A stretch of DNA of 64,000 nt from Alphaproteobacteria bacterium (GCA_015062435.1 SUUR01000002.1:187-64186), one strand, 5' to 3'; counted from the first letter of the stretch, positions 19,235 to 28,860 are shown. Notes: generated by a model from the sequence alone, not told the origin. Translations and numbers: made by a program.

Positions 19235-19258
19235 ATGTTCTAGCGTGAACATTTTTTT
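19235..19258 (+). terminator. Weak hairpin plus T7 tract
   Basis: atgttc (19235-19240), loop tagcgt, gaacat (19247-19252), followed by ttttttt to 19258. Confidence 0.35.
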
Positions 19259-19567
19259 GAAGATAGACTGATTAATTTTATTTTGATATGAGGCCCTTAT
19301 CATAACGTTGATAAGGTAAAGGTAAAAAAAACTAGTAAAAATATAAATTCCCCAAAGATGATTAGAAATAATCACATTTATTCACTGTTTTACAATTAAC
19401 ATTTTAGCAATTTCTCAAGTCATGGAGATAGGAACAGACCAGGTCTGGTGCCGATGATTGCGATGTTTTTTGTGTTCGGTGTCTAAATGATTTTTATGAT
19501 TCTGCGGGGGCTAAAGAGGGAATGGAATGTGATACTAGCACAAACCTATTACCTCAAAAAAATTGAC

Positions 19568-22198
19568 ATGAGACAGATGATGAACATCCTCATGACTTTG
19601 GCTACTTTGGTGGTAGCACTCCTCTCACAATCATGTGAGAAAATGTCAACCGGAACTGCAGAAATGCAGAATAAGGTTGACATGACTGTAAAAAAAGTCA
19701 CAATCCGTGACACTATTACAGTCACCGAGATAGTGATCCAGAAGGACACTATCATTCTACCAGGAGACACCATTATCTCAGTGGTAGAAAAAGAAGTTAT
19801 TAAGTACATCACTGTACACGATACAGTGACTGTAGAGAATAACTTCACCGGTCACCGAACTGGATCCCCATTGGTAACCGGCAAGAGGGTTGCTACCCTG
19901 CCTGAATTCACGTTTGTGGATGGTAAATTGGTAGAAACCAACTACCTGACTGCGAATTTTAAATTCGAAGTCAAAGCTAGCAACCCGATAGAGGTACCAA
20001 GTGAGCCAACACTTGTTTCTACCTCTGCAACTATCAGTGGCAAAAACTTCTCCTACAAATATTATGCCGGAGAAAATGTCAATGACAGTTGGAAAGTTAC
20101 ATCGGACAACCGAGTTGCTTTCCAAACTCAGAATGGTATACAATATTACACCATTCCTGAGTACACTCCAGTTTCATTGGCTTTTTACAACGCCAGTGAC
20201 AAAAAATGGGAACATTTGGCAGCTGCCACCATCAACAATATTATTCAGGACAGCGACATCCAAGAGCTTTACATTAAAGCAAAGGACGAGCCGAAACCTG
20301 AATACAAGCTCATCATTAACCACAAGAGCGCAAAGGTGAACGCATCTGCTATGCAGATTGTCGATACTCACAACGCATATCTTGTTGATAACGACAAAGT
20401 TGTTGAGACTGATACATACGATGCACTGCATCAGGTATCATTCACTCAATCTGCACAGGTTGAGTACAACGTGGCAAAAGAAATGGAACAAGCGTCTTTC
20501 ACCATTACCAACGGTATGGTGAAAGTGAATAACATAATTTTCAAAGTCAGTGTTAAAACCGCTGACTGTGATGCTGTTACAATGGATACCAACAATACCA
20601 CATATTGCCATCCGGCATTCCCTGTGGACGGTGCCGTAAAAGCTCTAAATTGTTGTTCACTTGAGGGCAAAACCCTCAAGACTAAAACCATCACCGACAA
20701 CGAGTTGCCTGGTGAAATAATAATTGGTGATAATGACGAAGATACTGTCACAATCCCTATCGTTATCGAGGTTGTTCCTCCTACCACCCCTGCAGACGTC
20801 CACGATGTGGAGTTTGCAGAAGAAGCTCTAGTCACTTCCCCCAACTTTTTAACCTTAATCGCATATCCAACAATTAACGGTGTGCGTACAGGGGAAGAAG
20901 TTGAATTAAAGGACTCATTCTCAGGATCATTGACAGCAGGTGCGCAGATTAACAAGACCTCTAAAGGTTCTGTTACTCTAAATAGCACAACTGCTATGAT
21001 TTCTGATAATAATGCCATTTTCACTTACATTATAGAAAGTGAAACAACTGATGGCATTTGGAAATGGTCCATTAAAAATGAGGGGACATTCACCTATAAA
21101 AGGAATGGTGTGAACAAAACTGTTACCAGACCGATTAAGGCTGACGTTGCAGTTAAATCAACATCATTCACTGCTGACAATGGCACATACCGCAACACAG
21201 CATCTTTGTATGCTAACGGTTTCGCCATCGATGCAGATACACAGGTGATAAAAATTACCCCACCAACTGTAAGAAGGGACAGCACTTATTCTGCAGGCAC
21301 TCCTTACAGTGCGACCAAAGCTAAAGTCATTAGAACAGTATACGCTAACGGCCAATTTGAGTCTACTAAAGACATCTATGTTGACTATGTAGTTGATTTT
21401 GATTGTGGAGCAAAAGAGACAATCCCAAACATGTCTCAGCTCAATTATGGCTCAGCCATTAGTGCTAAGGTTGGTAGCAACCCGATTGCGTTGAACATAC
21501 ACAGATTCAACGCAATTGTAGATGTTCCTTCGAAACTCAATTTTGTAGATGACGGTAAGAGTCACACTGTTGACTTCACCTACTCTACACTTGTTATTGA
21601 AAGTAATGGTAACATTACCAAAACTGACAATAGTACTTCTGAGTATCAGATTATAAACAACAAGCTTTACTTCAAGCTTGTTTGTGACGGTTTCACCGTT
21701 GCTACTGATACAAAGGAGATTGTGCAGAAGAAGGAAATACCATCGATTAAGCCTCTAATCGATGGGTATACAGCCATTGAGGCATACATCACCAATTGTT
21801 TCCATACAGAGGGAACAACGCAAATAAGTGATGGTGCACACATGGCTATAGTCTTCAAGAAAAACATTGAAGGCTATAGTGGCAATGATAAATATATCAT
21901 TCGCCACGCAGACCCCGTAACTGCAAAACAGATAGGAAAGGATACTTATTTTTCATCAATTGATGAAACTCAAATAATATCCTTCATAACTGTCAACAAC
22001 ACTATGGAGCCTGCGTACTTAATTGATTATAAGAACGGAAATTGGCTATACCAATCTATTGCTAATTCAGCAATGGTGTACCCGATAGCCCTTCCTGAAA
22101 CCATCACTCAAAGATTTGATTTTACTGTAATCAAATCAAATAAACATGATGGTTATATAACAATTAAGTACAAAGAGATAACTCATAAATTAAATTAG
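19568..22198 (+). CDS. Large putative surface lipoprotein, unknown function (foreign-looking)
   Basis: 876 aa from ATG 19568 (MRQMMNILMTLATLVVALLSQSC). T/V/N/I-rich, probably beta-rich. No SD upstream. Visibly richer in G+C, with a different codon flavour from its neighbours. Confidence 0.7.
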   Translation: MRQMMNILMTLATLVVALLSQSCEKMSTGTAEMQNKVDMTVKKVTIRDTITVTEIVIQKDTIILPGDTIISVVEKEVIKYITVHDTVTVENNFTGHRTGSPLVTGKRVATLPEFTFVDGKLVETNYLTANFKFEVKASNPIEVPSEPTLVSTSATISGKNFSYKYYAGENVNDSWKVTSDNRVAFQTQNGIQYYTIPEYTPVSLAFYNASDKKWEHLAAATINNIIQDSDIQELYIKAKDEPKPEYKLIINHKSAKVNASAMQIVDTHNAYLVDNDKVVETDTYDALHQVSFTQSAQVEYNVAKEMEQASFTITNGMVKVNNIIFKVSVKTADCDAVTMDTNNTTYCHPAFPVDGAVKALNCCSLEGKTLKTKTITDNELPGEIIIGDNDEDTVTIPIVIEVVPPTTPADVHDVEFAEEALVTSPNFLTLIAYPTINGVRTGEEVELKDSFSGSLTAGAQINKTSKGSVTLNSTTAMISDNNAIFTYIIESETTDGIWKWSIKNEGTFTYKRNGVNKTVTRPIKADVAVKSTSFTADNGTYRNTASLYANGFAIDADTQVIKITPPTVRRDSTYSAGTPYSATKAKVIRTVYANGQFESTKDIYVDYVVDFDCGAKETIPNMSQLNYGSAISAKVGSNPIALNIHRFNAIVDVPSKLNFVDDGKSHTVDFTYSTLVIESNGNITKTDNSTSEYQIINNKLYFKLVCDGFTVATDTKEIVQKKEIPSIKPLIDGYTAIEAYITNCFHTEGTTQISDGAHMAIVFKKNIEGYSGNDKYIIRHADPVTAKQIGKDTYFSSIDETQIISFITVNNTMEPAYLIDYKNGNWLYQSIANSAMVYPIALPETITQRFDFTVIKSNKHDGYITIKYKEITHKLN

Positions 22199-22321
22199 TT
22201 ATCTCTTAAAATTAAAATAAAGTTAATCACCCTCCCAAACCTCAAACATAGAGGTGCGGGAGGATTAAATAACCACAGAGACTGCTGTGTGGGGTCTAAC
22301 GACTAACGGGCAGTTTTAAAA

Positions 22322-23014
22322 ATGAAAAAACTTTTTACATTAATATTGTGCGTAGCTTTCGCTATCTCAGCTAGCGCACAAACCCGCCAATATATTGACG
22401 GTAGAGGGCACGTTTTCAATGGAAACGATTGTTTCCTAGTAACCCTCTACGGAGGCATCCACGCATACGGAAATATTTCCGACAATGCGCAATGCATTGG
22501 TGGAGCCGAGTTGGTGTACAACCACTACGGCTTCCGCGCATCAATTGGCGGAGCCTACGGGGCACAAAATACAAGCCATGGGCAACTAGGCTTGTATTGG
22601 AACTTCACTGGAAATGCTAACATCAAACACCGAGCTTACATCGGTGTCACTGGTGGTTTTATCCAGTATGGAGGAATAATCGACCAGGACTTGTTGCTTA
22701 ACGGCGCAAGTACCCACGTTGATCTCAGTGAAGTGCACAACATCAAGTTGACACTCCCTGAGAACTCCATTGCCCCAACTGTAGGAGCAAGAGTTGGTAT
22801 CGATTGGCGATTGGGAAGATCTATATATCTTACCACCGCAGTTGAAGGTAGCCGTAACTTTATTAATAAGAAGGTTACTTTCAATTCCGTTGAGGCTCAA
22901 TTGCCTTTAGAAGACGGAAACATCGATATCAAGCTGAAAACTACGGACGACCCGGTTCCGGTAAATCACTGGGGATTGAAAGCAATGATTGGTATCTCCA
23001 TAAGATTGAAATAA
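22322..23014 (+). CDS. Outer-membrane beta-barrel protein (foreign-looking)
   Basis: Signal peptide MKKLFTLILCVAFAISASA/Q, alternating Gly/aromatic beta-strand pattern, 230 aa, no SD upstream. Confidence 0.65.
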   Translation: MKKLFTLILCVAFAISASAQTRQYIDGRGHVFNGNDCFLVTLYGGIHAYGNISDNAQCIGGAELVYNHYGFRASIGGAYGAQNTSHGQLGLYWNFTGNANIKHRAYIGVTGGFIQYGGIIDQDLLLNGASTHVDLSEVHNIKLTLPENSIAPTVGARVGIDWRLGRSIYLTTAVEGSRNFINKKVTFNSVEAQLPLEDGNIDIKLKTTDDPVPVNHWGLKAMIGISIRLK

Positions 23015-23030
23015 CCTTTCATTGCCAGAG

Positions 23031-23072
23031 CAACCGCTGTTTCTATTTTTAGAACAGCGGTTGTTTCTTATT
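23031..23072 (+). terminator. Rho-independent terminator after the OMP gene
   Basis: caaccgctgtt (23031-23041) pairs with aacagcggttg (23052-23062), followed by tttcttattt. Confidence 0.7.
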
Positions 23073-23091
23073 TATTCATCCCCTTTTTTCT

Positions 23092-23326
23092 TGTCATTAC
23101 CCGATACCACTAACTGCAATTACCCGATACCACTAACTGTCATTATCCGGCTCAACTAACTGCAATTACCCGATACCACTAACCGTCATTATCCGGCTCG
23201 ACTAACTGTCATTACCCTACTTCACTAACTGCAATTACCCGACACCATTAACTGTCATTATCCGGCTCGACCGGATAATCTCAAGAAACTTAGAATAGAT
23301 ACTCCGGTCAAGCCGGAGTATGACAC
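23092..23326. repeat. 7 x 23-bp tandem units plus double-hairpin element, copy B
   Basis: Units start at 23092, 23115, 23138, 23161, 23184, 23207 and 23230 (tgtcattayccg..../tgcaattacccga....ctaac). Full hairpins follow: attatccggctcgaccggataat and atactccggtcaagccggagtat. Confidence 0.9.
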
Positions 23327-23394
23327 AAAAACAAAGTATAACTCCCAAAAAATAACAGCATAAAATTATAATATTCAAAAACAAATTTATGTCA

Positions 23395-23682
23395 TTAACA
23401 AATACTACTATACAAATCATCCCAATTAGGATTCATTTTTTCTATTAAATCTATTTTCCAATTTCTATTATATTTTTTTAATTTTTTCTCCCTATATATT
23501 GCTTGTTCTTCACCATCAATAATCTCATAATACACTAACTTATCCAAATTATATTTAGCACTAAATCCTTGCAATATTTTATGTTTGTGTTCATAAATCC
23601 TACGACACAAATCATTAGTAACACCAATATATAATGTTCCATATCTTTTATTAGTAATAATATAAACGTACATTGTTTTCAT
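23395..23682 (-). CDS. GIY-YIG (URI-domain) nuclease, COG2827/UPF0213-like
   Basis: MKTMYVYIITNKRYGTLYIGVTNDLCRRIYEHK...VYYE...REKKLKKYNRNWK; 95 aa. The longer ORF start at 23727 reads into repeat DNA and was trimmed. Confidence 0.85.
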   Translation of the reverse strand: MKTMYVYIITNKRYGTLYIGVTNDLCRRIYEHKHKILQGFSAKYNLDKLVYYEIIDGEEQAIYREKKLKKYNRNWKIDLIEKMNPNWDDLYSSIC

Positions 23683-23699
23683 ATCTACTAACCCCAATC

Positions 23700-23823
23700 T
23701 GTCATTATCCGGCTCGACTAACTGCAATTACCCGACACCACTAACTGTCATTATCCGGCTCGACTGGATAATCTCAAGAAACTTAGAATAGATACTCCGG
23801 TCAAGCCGGAGTATGACACAAAA
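23700..23823. repeat. 2 x 23-bp units plus double-hairpin element, copy C
   Basis: 23723-23823 matches 23230-23330 at 99 of 101 positions (direct orientation). Confidence 0.9.
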
Positions 23824-23832
23824 TGTATGTAT

Positions 23833-24894
23833 TTAATTTTTATACAAAGAGCTTTGTTTATAATTTTCAATTGCATGACGAACCAGCACTCCGATAATTG
23901 CTGCCACCGGCACGGCTATCATCAATCCCAAAAATCCAAGTAGCACACCACCGGCAAGCAATGCAAACATAATCCAAACCGGATGCAATCCTACCGATTC
24001 TCCAACCAAATTAGGTGTCAGGAAATTACCCTCAATAAACTGCCCTACCATAAACACACCAACAACCTGAGCTATCGGCATCAAAGAATCAAATTGTGCA
24101 AAAGCTATAGCCACACTCACCACAAACCCGAATATAGATCCCACATACGGAATAAAAGATATTATACCTGCCAAAAATCCGACTAAAATCCCCAAATCAA
24201 GTCCCACAATATATAAACCAACTGCATAAAACAAACCCAGCAACACACAAACTGATAATTGCCCTCTGATAAAAGAAGATAATATACAATCAATTTCTTT
24301 AGCTTGTTTCTCAATAGAATGTTTATAGCGCTTGGGCAACAAATCATCTACTTTTTTTACAAAAGCATCCCAATCTCGTAACATATAAAAAGCCACCACC
24401 GGCGTAATCAATAATAGAGAAATCACATTAAACAATGCAAATCCGCCACTAACTACTCTTTTTAAGATATTTCCCACTACCTTTAAACTGTTACCCATAT
24501 TGCCACGAATGGTTTCTCTGATTTTATCTGCCTCCAAAGACGGAAAACGCTCTTGTAAGCCGGCAATTACAGGTTCAATCTTTTTAGCAAAAGCACTCAA
24601 ATATTGTGGCAAAACGTCCAAAAAATGTCCCAATTGACTATCTATCACACCAAACAAAGCAATCAACGACGGCACCACTATCAATACCAATAAAAATATC
24701 GTCAATATCGTGGCCCAAGTTCTAGACATTTTTAATTTTTCAAATTTAGAAGCAAACGGATCCAACAAATAACCTATAATAATACCGGCCACAAACGGCA
24801 TCAATACCGAACGCAATACATATACCATGCCGGCAAACAAAACCAACATCACCAACCAAAATGTAATATTTTTATCACGTCCGGTTATAGCCAT
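23833..24894 (-). CDS. AI-2E family transporter (PerM/YhhT-like permease)
   Basis: 353-aa polytopic membrane protein with the typical AI-2E C-terminal block (GLHPVWIMFALLAGG...GLMIAVP). Confidence 0.8.
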   Translation of the reverse strand: MAITGRDKNITFWLVMLVLFAGMVYVLRSVLMPFVAGIIIGYLLDPFASKFEKLKMSRTWATILTIFLLVLIVVPSLIALFGVIDSQLGHFLDVLPQYLSAFAKKIEPVIAGLQERFPSLEADKIRETIRGNMGNSLKVVGNILKRVVSGGFALFNVISLLLITPVVAFYMLRDWDAFVKKVDDLLPKRYKHSIEKQAKEIDCILSSFIRGQLSVCVLLGLFYAVGLYIVGLDLGILVGFLAGIISFIPYVGSIFGFVVSVAIAFAQFDSLMPIAQVVGVFMVGQFIEGNFLTPNLVGESVGLHPVWIMFALLAGGVLLGFLGLMIAVPVAAIIGVLVRHAIENYKQSSLYKN

Positions 24895-24906
24895 TTTTCA
24901 ATACTC

Positions 24907-25953
24907 CTAATATTTTTCTAAAGAATAGTATCCGTCATGCTCATCTAATCGTAAAGATCGAGCCCTTAATTGAGGCAATAATTTTTCCAGCGCTCCGATA
25001 TATGATAACTTAAATTGCACTTTTCCGTTTCCGATTGCTTGAACTTCTAATTTATTTATTTGATTAATATCTTTCAATGTTCTTTCAGCGCTAACCCATT
25101 CTGCCAAATTGTTATAAGAAAACAATACAACCATCATATTTTCAATCTGAGCTTCACTCATATTTTTTTGGGAAATACGCTTTTCCAGTTCTCTTTGAGT
25201 TGCCATCACTGCATTGTCAAACAATTCCATGCCAGAACTTCTGGGACCATCAACTCTCACAACAAAACTATCTCCGTCCAAAGACCTTCCTTGAACATTT
25301 AGTCCCTCTATTCCGTTATAAACGGCATCGAGCACATAAACATCATCAACACCATTAATTCTCATTAATTTATCTAAGGCTTCGCCATCCATCACCCCGG
25401 CTTTTCTTCCGTCAATAACGGCATAGTTTGCCCCACTCGGAGAAACCACAATCATATTAACTCCGCCAATCAAAGAAACTTTATCCCAAGCTTGTTTCCA
25501 CATATTGGTACTTTCCCACAATTGCGGAACATCAGCATTAAACTCCCTAAAAATCGGCACGATCAAGATTCGACTGCTGATTTTATTCATCAAAGGAATT
25601 TCACGCTCTTTCATATACTGCACCAATATATCTTCATTAAGCACAACTTTTAAGTTTGCCATATATCTGACAGCAGAACTTTTTTCTTCTACAACTGAGA
25701 CTTCTTTAATAAAGTTCATCAACTGCTCATCTGTCATAGAAGAAAATCTTTCCACACCTTCAGATGTAGATATACGCTTTGCCACAGCCACAACAGCCGC
25801 TCTGTTTGCCTCACTCATAGCTCTTTTTTGAGCTTCGGAAGCACTGGCATCAGTAACATCTACACTGACTTCAACAGTATATTTTTCATCAGCGGCATAA
25901 GCTCCTGCTATCCACCCCATACAAGCCAAAAAGAATAATATTTTCTTAATCAC
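24907..25953 (-). CDS. Secreted protein of unknown function (possibly DUF2066-like)
   Basis: Signal peptide MIKKILFFLACMGWIAGAYA/AD; 348 aa. The family assignment is a guess from N-terminal pattern and context. Confidence 0.5.
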   Translation of the reverse strand: MIKKILFFLACMGWIAGAYAADEKYTVEVSVDVTDASASEAQKRAMSEANRAAVVAVAKRISTSEGVERFSSMTDEQLMNFIKEVSVVEEKSSAVRYMANLKVVLNEDILVQYMKEREIPLMNKISSRILIVPIFREFNADVPQLWESTNMWKQAWDKVSLIGGVNMIVVSPSGANYAVIDGRKAGVMDGEALDKLMRINGVDDVYVLDAVYNGIEGLNVQGRSLDGDSFVVRVDGPRSSGMELFDNAVMATQRELEKRISQKNMSEAQIENMMVVLFSYNNLAEWVSAERTLKDINQINKLEVQAIGNGKVQFKLSYIGALEKLLPQLRARSLRLDEHDGYYSLEKY

Positions 25954-25962
25954 AATTATCTC

Positions 25963-26382
25963 CTATTCATAAATTTCAAGCTCACTGAAGAAGAAAGCTA
26001 TTTCTCTTTTTGCACTCTCGGGTGAATCTGATCCGTGAACCGTATTTTTATCAATAGAAAGAGCAAACGTCTTGCGAATTGTGCCTTCTTCCGCAACAGC
26101 GGGATTGGTAGCTCCCATAACTTTTCTGTATTCTGTAATAGCATTTTCACCTTGCAAAACTTGCACCACTATCGGAGCAGAAGTCATAATCTCCACCAGA
26201 TTCGGAAAAAACGGCTTTCCCATATGTTCCTGATAAAATTCCTCAGCTTGTACTGCAGTCAATCTGATAAGTTTTTGCGCAACGATCTTCAACCCTTTTT
26301 CCTCAATCATTGCATTAACTTTGCCTGTAATTGCTCGACTTGTTGCATCAGGTTTAATAATAGACAGCGTTCTTTCAATCAT
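25963..26382 (-). CDS. ndk: Nucleoside diphosphate kinase
   Basis: [13 protein letters not shown]... and NTVHGSDS active-site His. Start trimmed to MIERT. Confidence 0.93.
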   Translation of the reverse strand: MIERTLSIIKPDATSRAITGKVNAMIEEKGLKIVAQKLIRLTAVQAEEFYQEHMGKPFFPNLVEIMTSAPIVVQVLQGENAITEYRKVMGATNPAVAEEGTIRKTFALSIDKNTVHGSDSPESAKREIAFFFSELEIYE

Positions 26383-26515
26383 AATCTGTTCTCCTAAGTT
26401 AATCTGAATAACAATAACATATAATAGTTTCTGCAAATAATCAAAAGATATTTTGACTTTTAATTACTAAAGGTATAAACATTTAAGCAAACCAACATTT
26501 TGTAAGGATAAAAAC

Positions 26516-27523
26516 ATGCAAATCAGTAGCTACATTCAAACTCTTATCACCAAAGCTCAGCAACTTAACAAAACCATTGTTTTACCTGAGGGTGAAGATG
26601 AACGTGTTCTTCAGGCTGCATACTATGCTGCCCAAAACAAAATTGCTAACATCATTATACTTGGCAATGAAGATGATATCAAATCTTATTTCCACTCAAA
26701 TGGTTGGGAATTAACTAATATCCAAATCATAAATCCTGCCAATTCAGAAAATCTTTCGCTATATACAGAAACTCTGTACAACCTGCGCAAAGAAAAAGGT
26801 ATGACTTTGGAAGAAGCAAAAAAAACTGCCACTGATGCCAATTATTTTGGCACACTGATGATAAAATCCGGTCACGCAGACGGTATGGTCTCCGGAGCCA
26901 ATCACTCTACTGCTGATACCGTACGTCCGGCTTTGCAAATCATCAAATCAGCACGTAAAGATAGAGGAGTATCTGCCGTATTTATTGCTCGTTCACAAGA
27001 AGGCAAAATTTATTACCTTTCTGATTGCGCTCTCAATATCAATCCCAATCCGCAAGAACTTGCGGGAATTGCTTTAAGCACCGCAGAAACAGCCCTTCAA
27101 TTTGGAGATACCCCTAAAGTTGCCATGCTCTCATATTCTACTTACGGTTCAGGTAAAGGAGAAAGTGTAACTAAGGTAAAAGAAGCCACAGAAATTGCCA
27201 AAACAGCTCTTCAAGCCGAAGAATACACCGGCAAAGGCATCATTCTTGATGGAGAACTTCAAGCTGATGCTGCTTTAGACAGTGTTGTATCTGCCAAAAA
27301 AGCACCAACCTCAACCATCAAAGGTGAGGCTAATGTTTTAATTTTCCCCAATATCGATGCCGGCAATATCGGATACAAACTATTGCAAAGAATTGGACAA
27401 GCAGAAATGTATGGTCCTTTACTGCAAGGATTAAATGCTCCCATTAATGATCTGTCTCGCGGTTGTTTCACCGAAGATATTGTCGGTGCAATTGCCATTA
27501 CTGTTTTACAAACTCAAAAATAA
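26516..27523 (+). CDS. pta: Phosphate acetyltransferase (short form)
   Basis: VLPEGEDERVLQAA, SGANHSTADTVRPALQ; 335 aa. Directly upstream of ackA. Confidence 0.9.
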   Translation: MQISSYIQTLITKAQQLNKTIVLPEGEDERVLQAAYYAAQNKIANIIILGNEDDIKSYFHSNGWELTNIQIINPANSENLSLYTETLYNLRKEKGMTLEEAKKTATDANYFGTLMIKSGHADGMVSGANHSTADTVRPALQIIKSARKDRGVSAVFIARSQEGKIYYLSDCALNINPNPQELAGIALSTAETALQFGDTPKVAMLSYSTYGSGKGESVTKVKEATEIAKTALQAEEYTGKGIILDGELQADAALDSVVSAKKAPTSTIKGEANVLIFPNIDAGNIGYKLLQRIGQAEMYGPLLQGLNAPINDLSRGCFTEDIVGAIAITVLQTQK

Positions 27524-27538
27524 TTAAGGATTCTAAAC

Positions 27539-28717
27539 ATGAAAATTTTAGTATTAAACTCTGGTTCTTCTTCTTTAAAATATCAACTGTTTGATGTTGA
27601 AGGAGAAAATTATAAAGTTATCGCCAAAGGTTTGGCCGAACGCATTGGCATTGACGGTTCTATGGTAAGTATCAAATACGCAAATGGTGATAAAAAAACA
27701 GTAACTGTCAATTTACCAACCCATAACGAGGCTTTACAAGAAGTATTTAACCTTCTTCTTAATGGTGCAATCTCCGGCTTAGACGAAATTTCAGCTGTCG
27801 GACATCGTACTGTTCATGGCGGAGAAAAATTCAAATCCTCTGTTTTGATTAACGAAGATGTAATCAAAACAATAGAAGATTTATCACAACTTGCTCCACT
27901 TCATAATCCGGCTTCTGTTTTAGGAATCAGAGCAGTCCAAAAAGCATTGCCGAATATTCCGCAAGTTGCTGTATTTGATACAGCATTTCACCAAACTATG
28001 CCCAAAGAAGCTTTCCTTTATGGCTTACCTCTGGAGCAATATACCAGACACCAAATTCGCCGTTATGGTATGCATGGAACATCTCACCAATATGTATCTG
28101 CCGAATGTGCCAAATTAATCGGCAAAAAAGGAAAAATAATCACATGTCACTTAGGAAACGGAGCTTCTATTTCAGCCGTAGATAACGGCATGTGCAAAGA
28201 TACATCAATGGGTTTCACTCCTCTTGCCGGAGTAATTATGGGTACTCGCTGTGGCGATATAGATCCGTATATTCCTCTCCATATCATGAAATATCAAGAC
28301 AAAACCGCAGACGAAGTCAACAACCTCCTCAACAAACAAAGCGGAATGTTAGGCTTGTCAGGTTATAGCGATATGCGCGATGTAGAAGCTCAATATCTTG
28401 CCGGAGATGCACGCACCATAGATGCTCTCAATACTTATGTATATACCATTATCAAATTCATCGGTAGTTACATTGCAGCACTCGGAGGTGTTGATGCTAT
28501 TGTATTTACAGCCGGTATTGGTGAAAACTCTCCAATTATCCGCAAGATGGTTATTGAACGTTTAAGCTACTTAGGCATGTCTTTAAACGAAGAAAATAAC
28601 AACAAACGAGGAGAAGCTTTAGAAATAACTGCTTCCGATTCTAAAGTTAGAGCATTTGTTATTCCGACTGATGAAGAATTGGTTATCGCCAAAGATACCG
28701 TTCGTCTCAGCAAATAA
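27539..28717 (+). CDS. ackA: Acetate kinase
   Basis: ILVLNSGSSSLKYQLF, GHRTVHGGE, TAGIGENS blocks. Confidence 0.93.
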   Translation: MKILVLNSGSSSLKYQLFDVEGENYKVIAKGLAERIGIDGSMVSIKYANGDKKTVTVNLPTHNEALQEVFNLLLNGAISGLDEISAVGHRTVHGGEKFKSSVLINEDVIKTIEDLSQLAPLHNPASVLGIRAVQKALPNIPQVAVFDTAFHQTMPKEAFLYGLPLEQYTRHQIRRYGMHGTSHQYVSAECAKLIGKKGKIITCHLGNGASISAVDNGMCKDTSMGFTPLAGVIMGTRCGDIDPYIPLHIMKYQDKTADEVNNLLNKQSGMLGLSGYSDMRDVEAQYLAGDARTIDALNTYVYTIIKFIGSYIAALGGVDAIVFTAGIGENSPIIRKMVIERLSYLGMSLNEENNNKRGEALEITASDSKVRAFVIPTDEELVIAKDTVRLSK

Positions 28718-28739
28718 AAAAACTCGCTTTTTCTTAAAA

Positions 28740-28767
28740 ACCGAAAGTTTGACTTTCGGTTTTTTTG
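28740..28767 (+). terminator. Rho-independent terminator after ackA
   Basis: accgaaagt (28740-28748) pairs with actttcggt (28752-28760), followed by ttttttt. Confidence 0.8.
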
Positions 28768-28860
28768 TATTTTTGAATACAAAAAAATATTGTACAGAAA
28801 CTATTTATGGGTTATAAATAAATTAAGTTTGAACAATTTTTAGAATGATAGATAAAAAAC

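Noticed and set aside
19293-19447. Hairpin ccttatca-taacg-ttgataagg (about 19293-19316) and palindrome cagacc-a-ggtctg (19435-19447) upstream of the 876-aa gene, considered as terminator and operator.
   Set aside because: The hairpin lacks a following T-tract on either strand, and the palindrome has no known cognate regulator here. Both are noted but not callable as features.
18531-23326. Could the regular 21-24-bp arrays (18531-18650, 18755-18824, 23092-23280) be CRISPR arrays?
   Set aside because: Units are contiguous with no unique spacers between them. They are shorter than typical CRISPR repeats. They degenerate into a known dispersed hairpin element, and no cas genes are present in the window.
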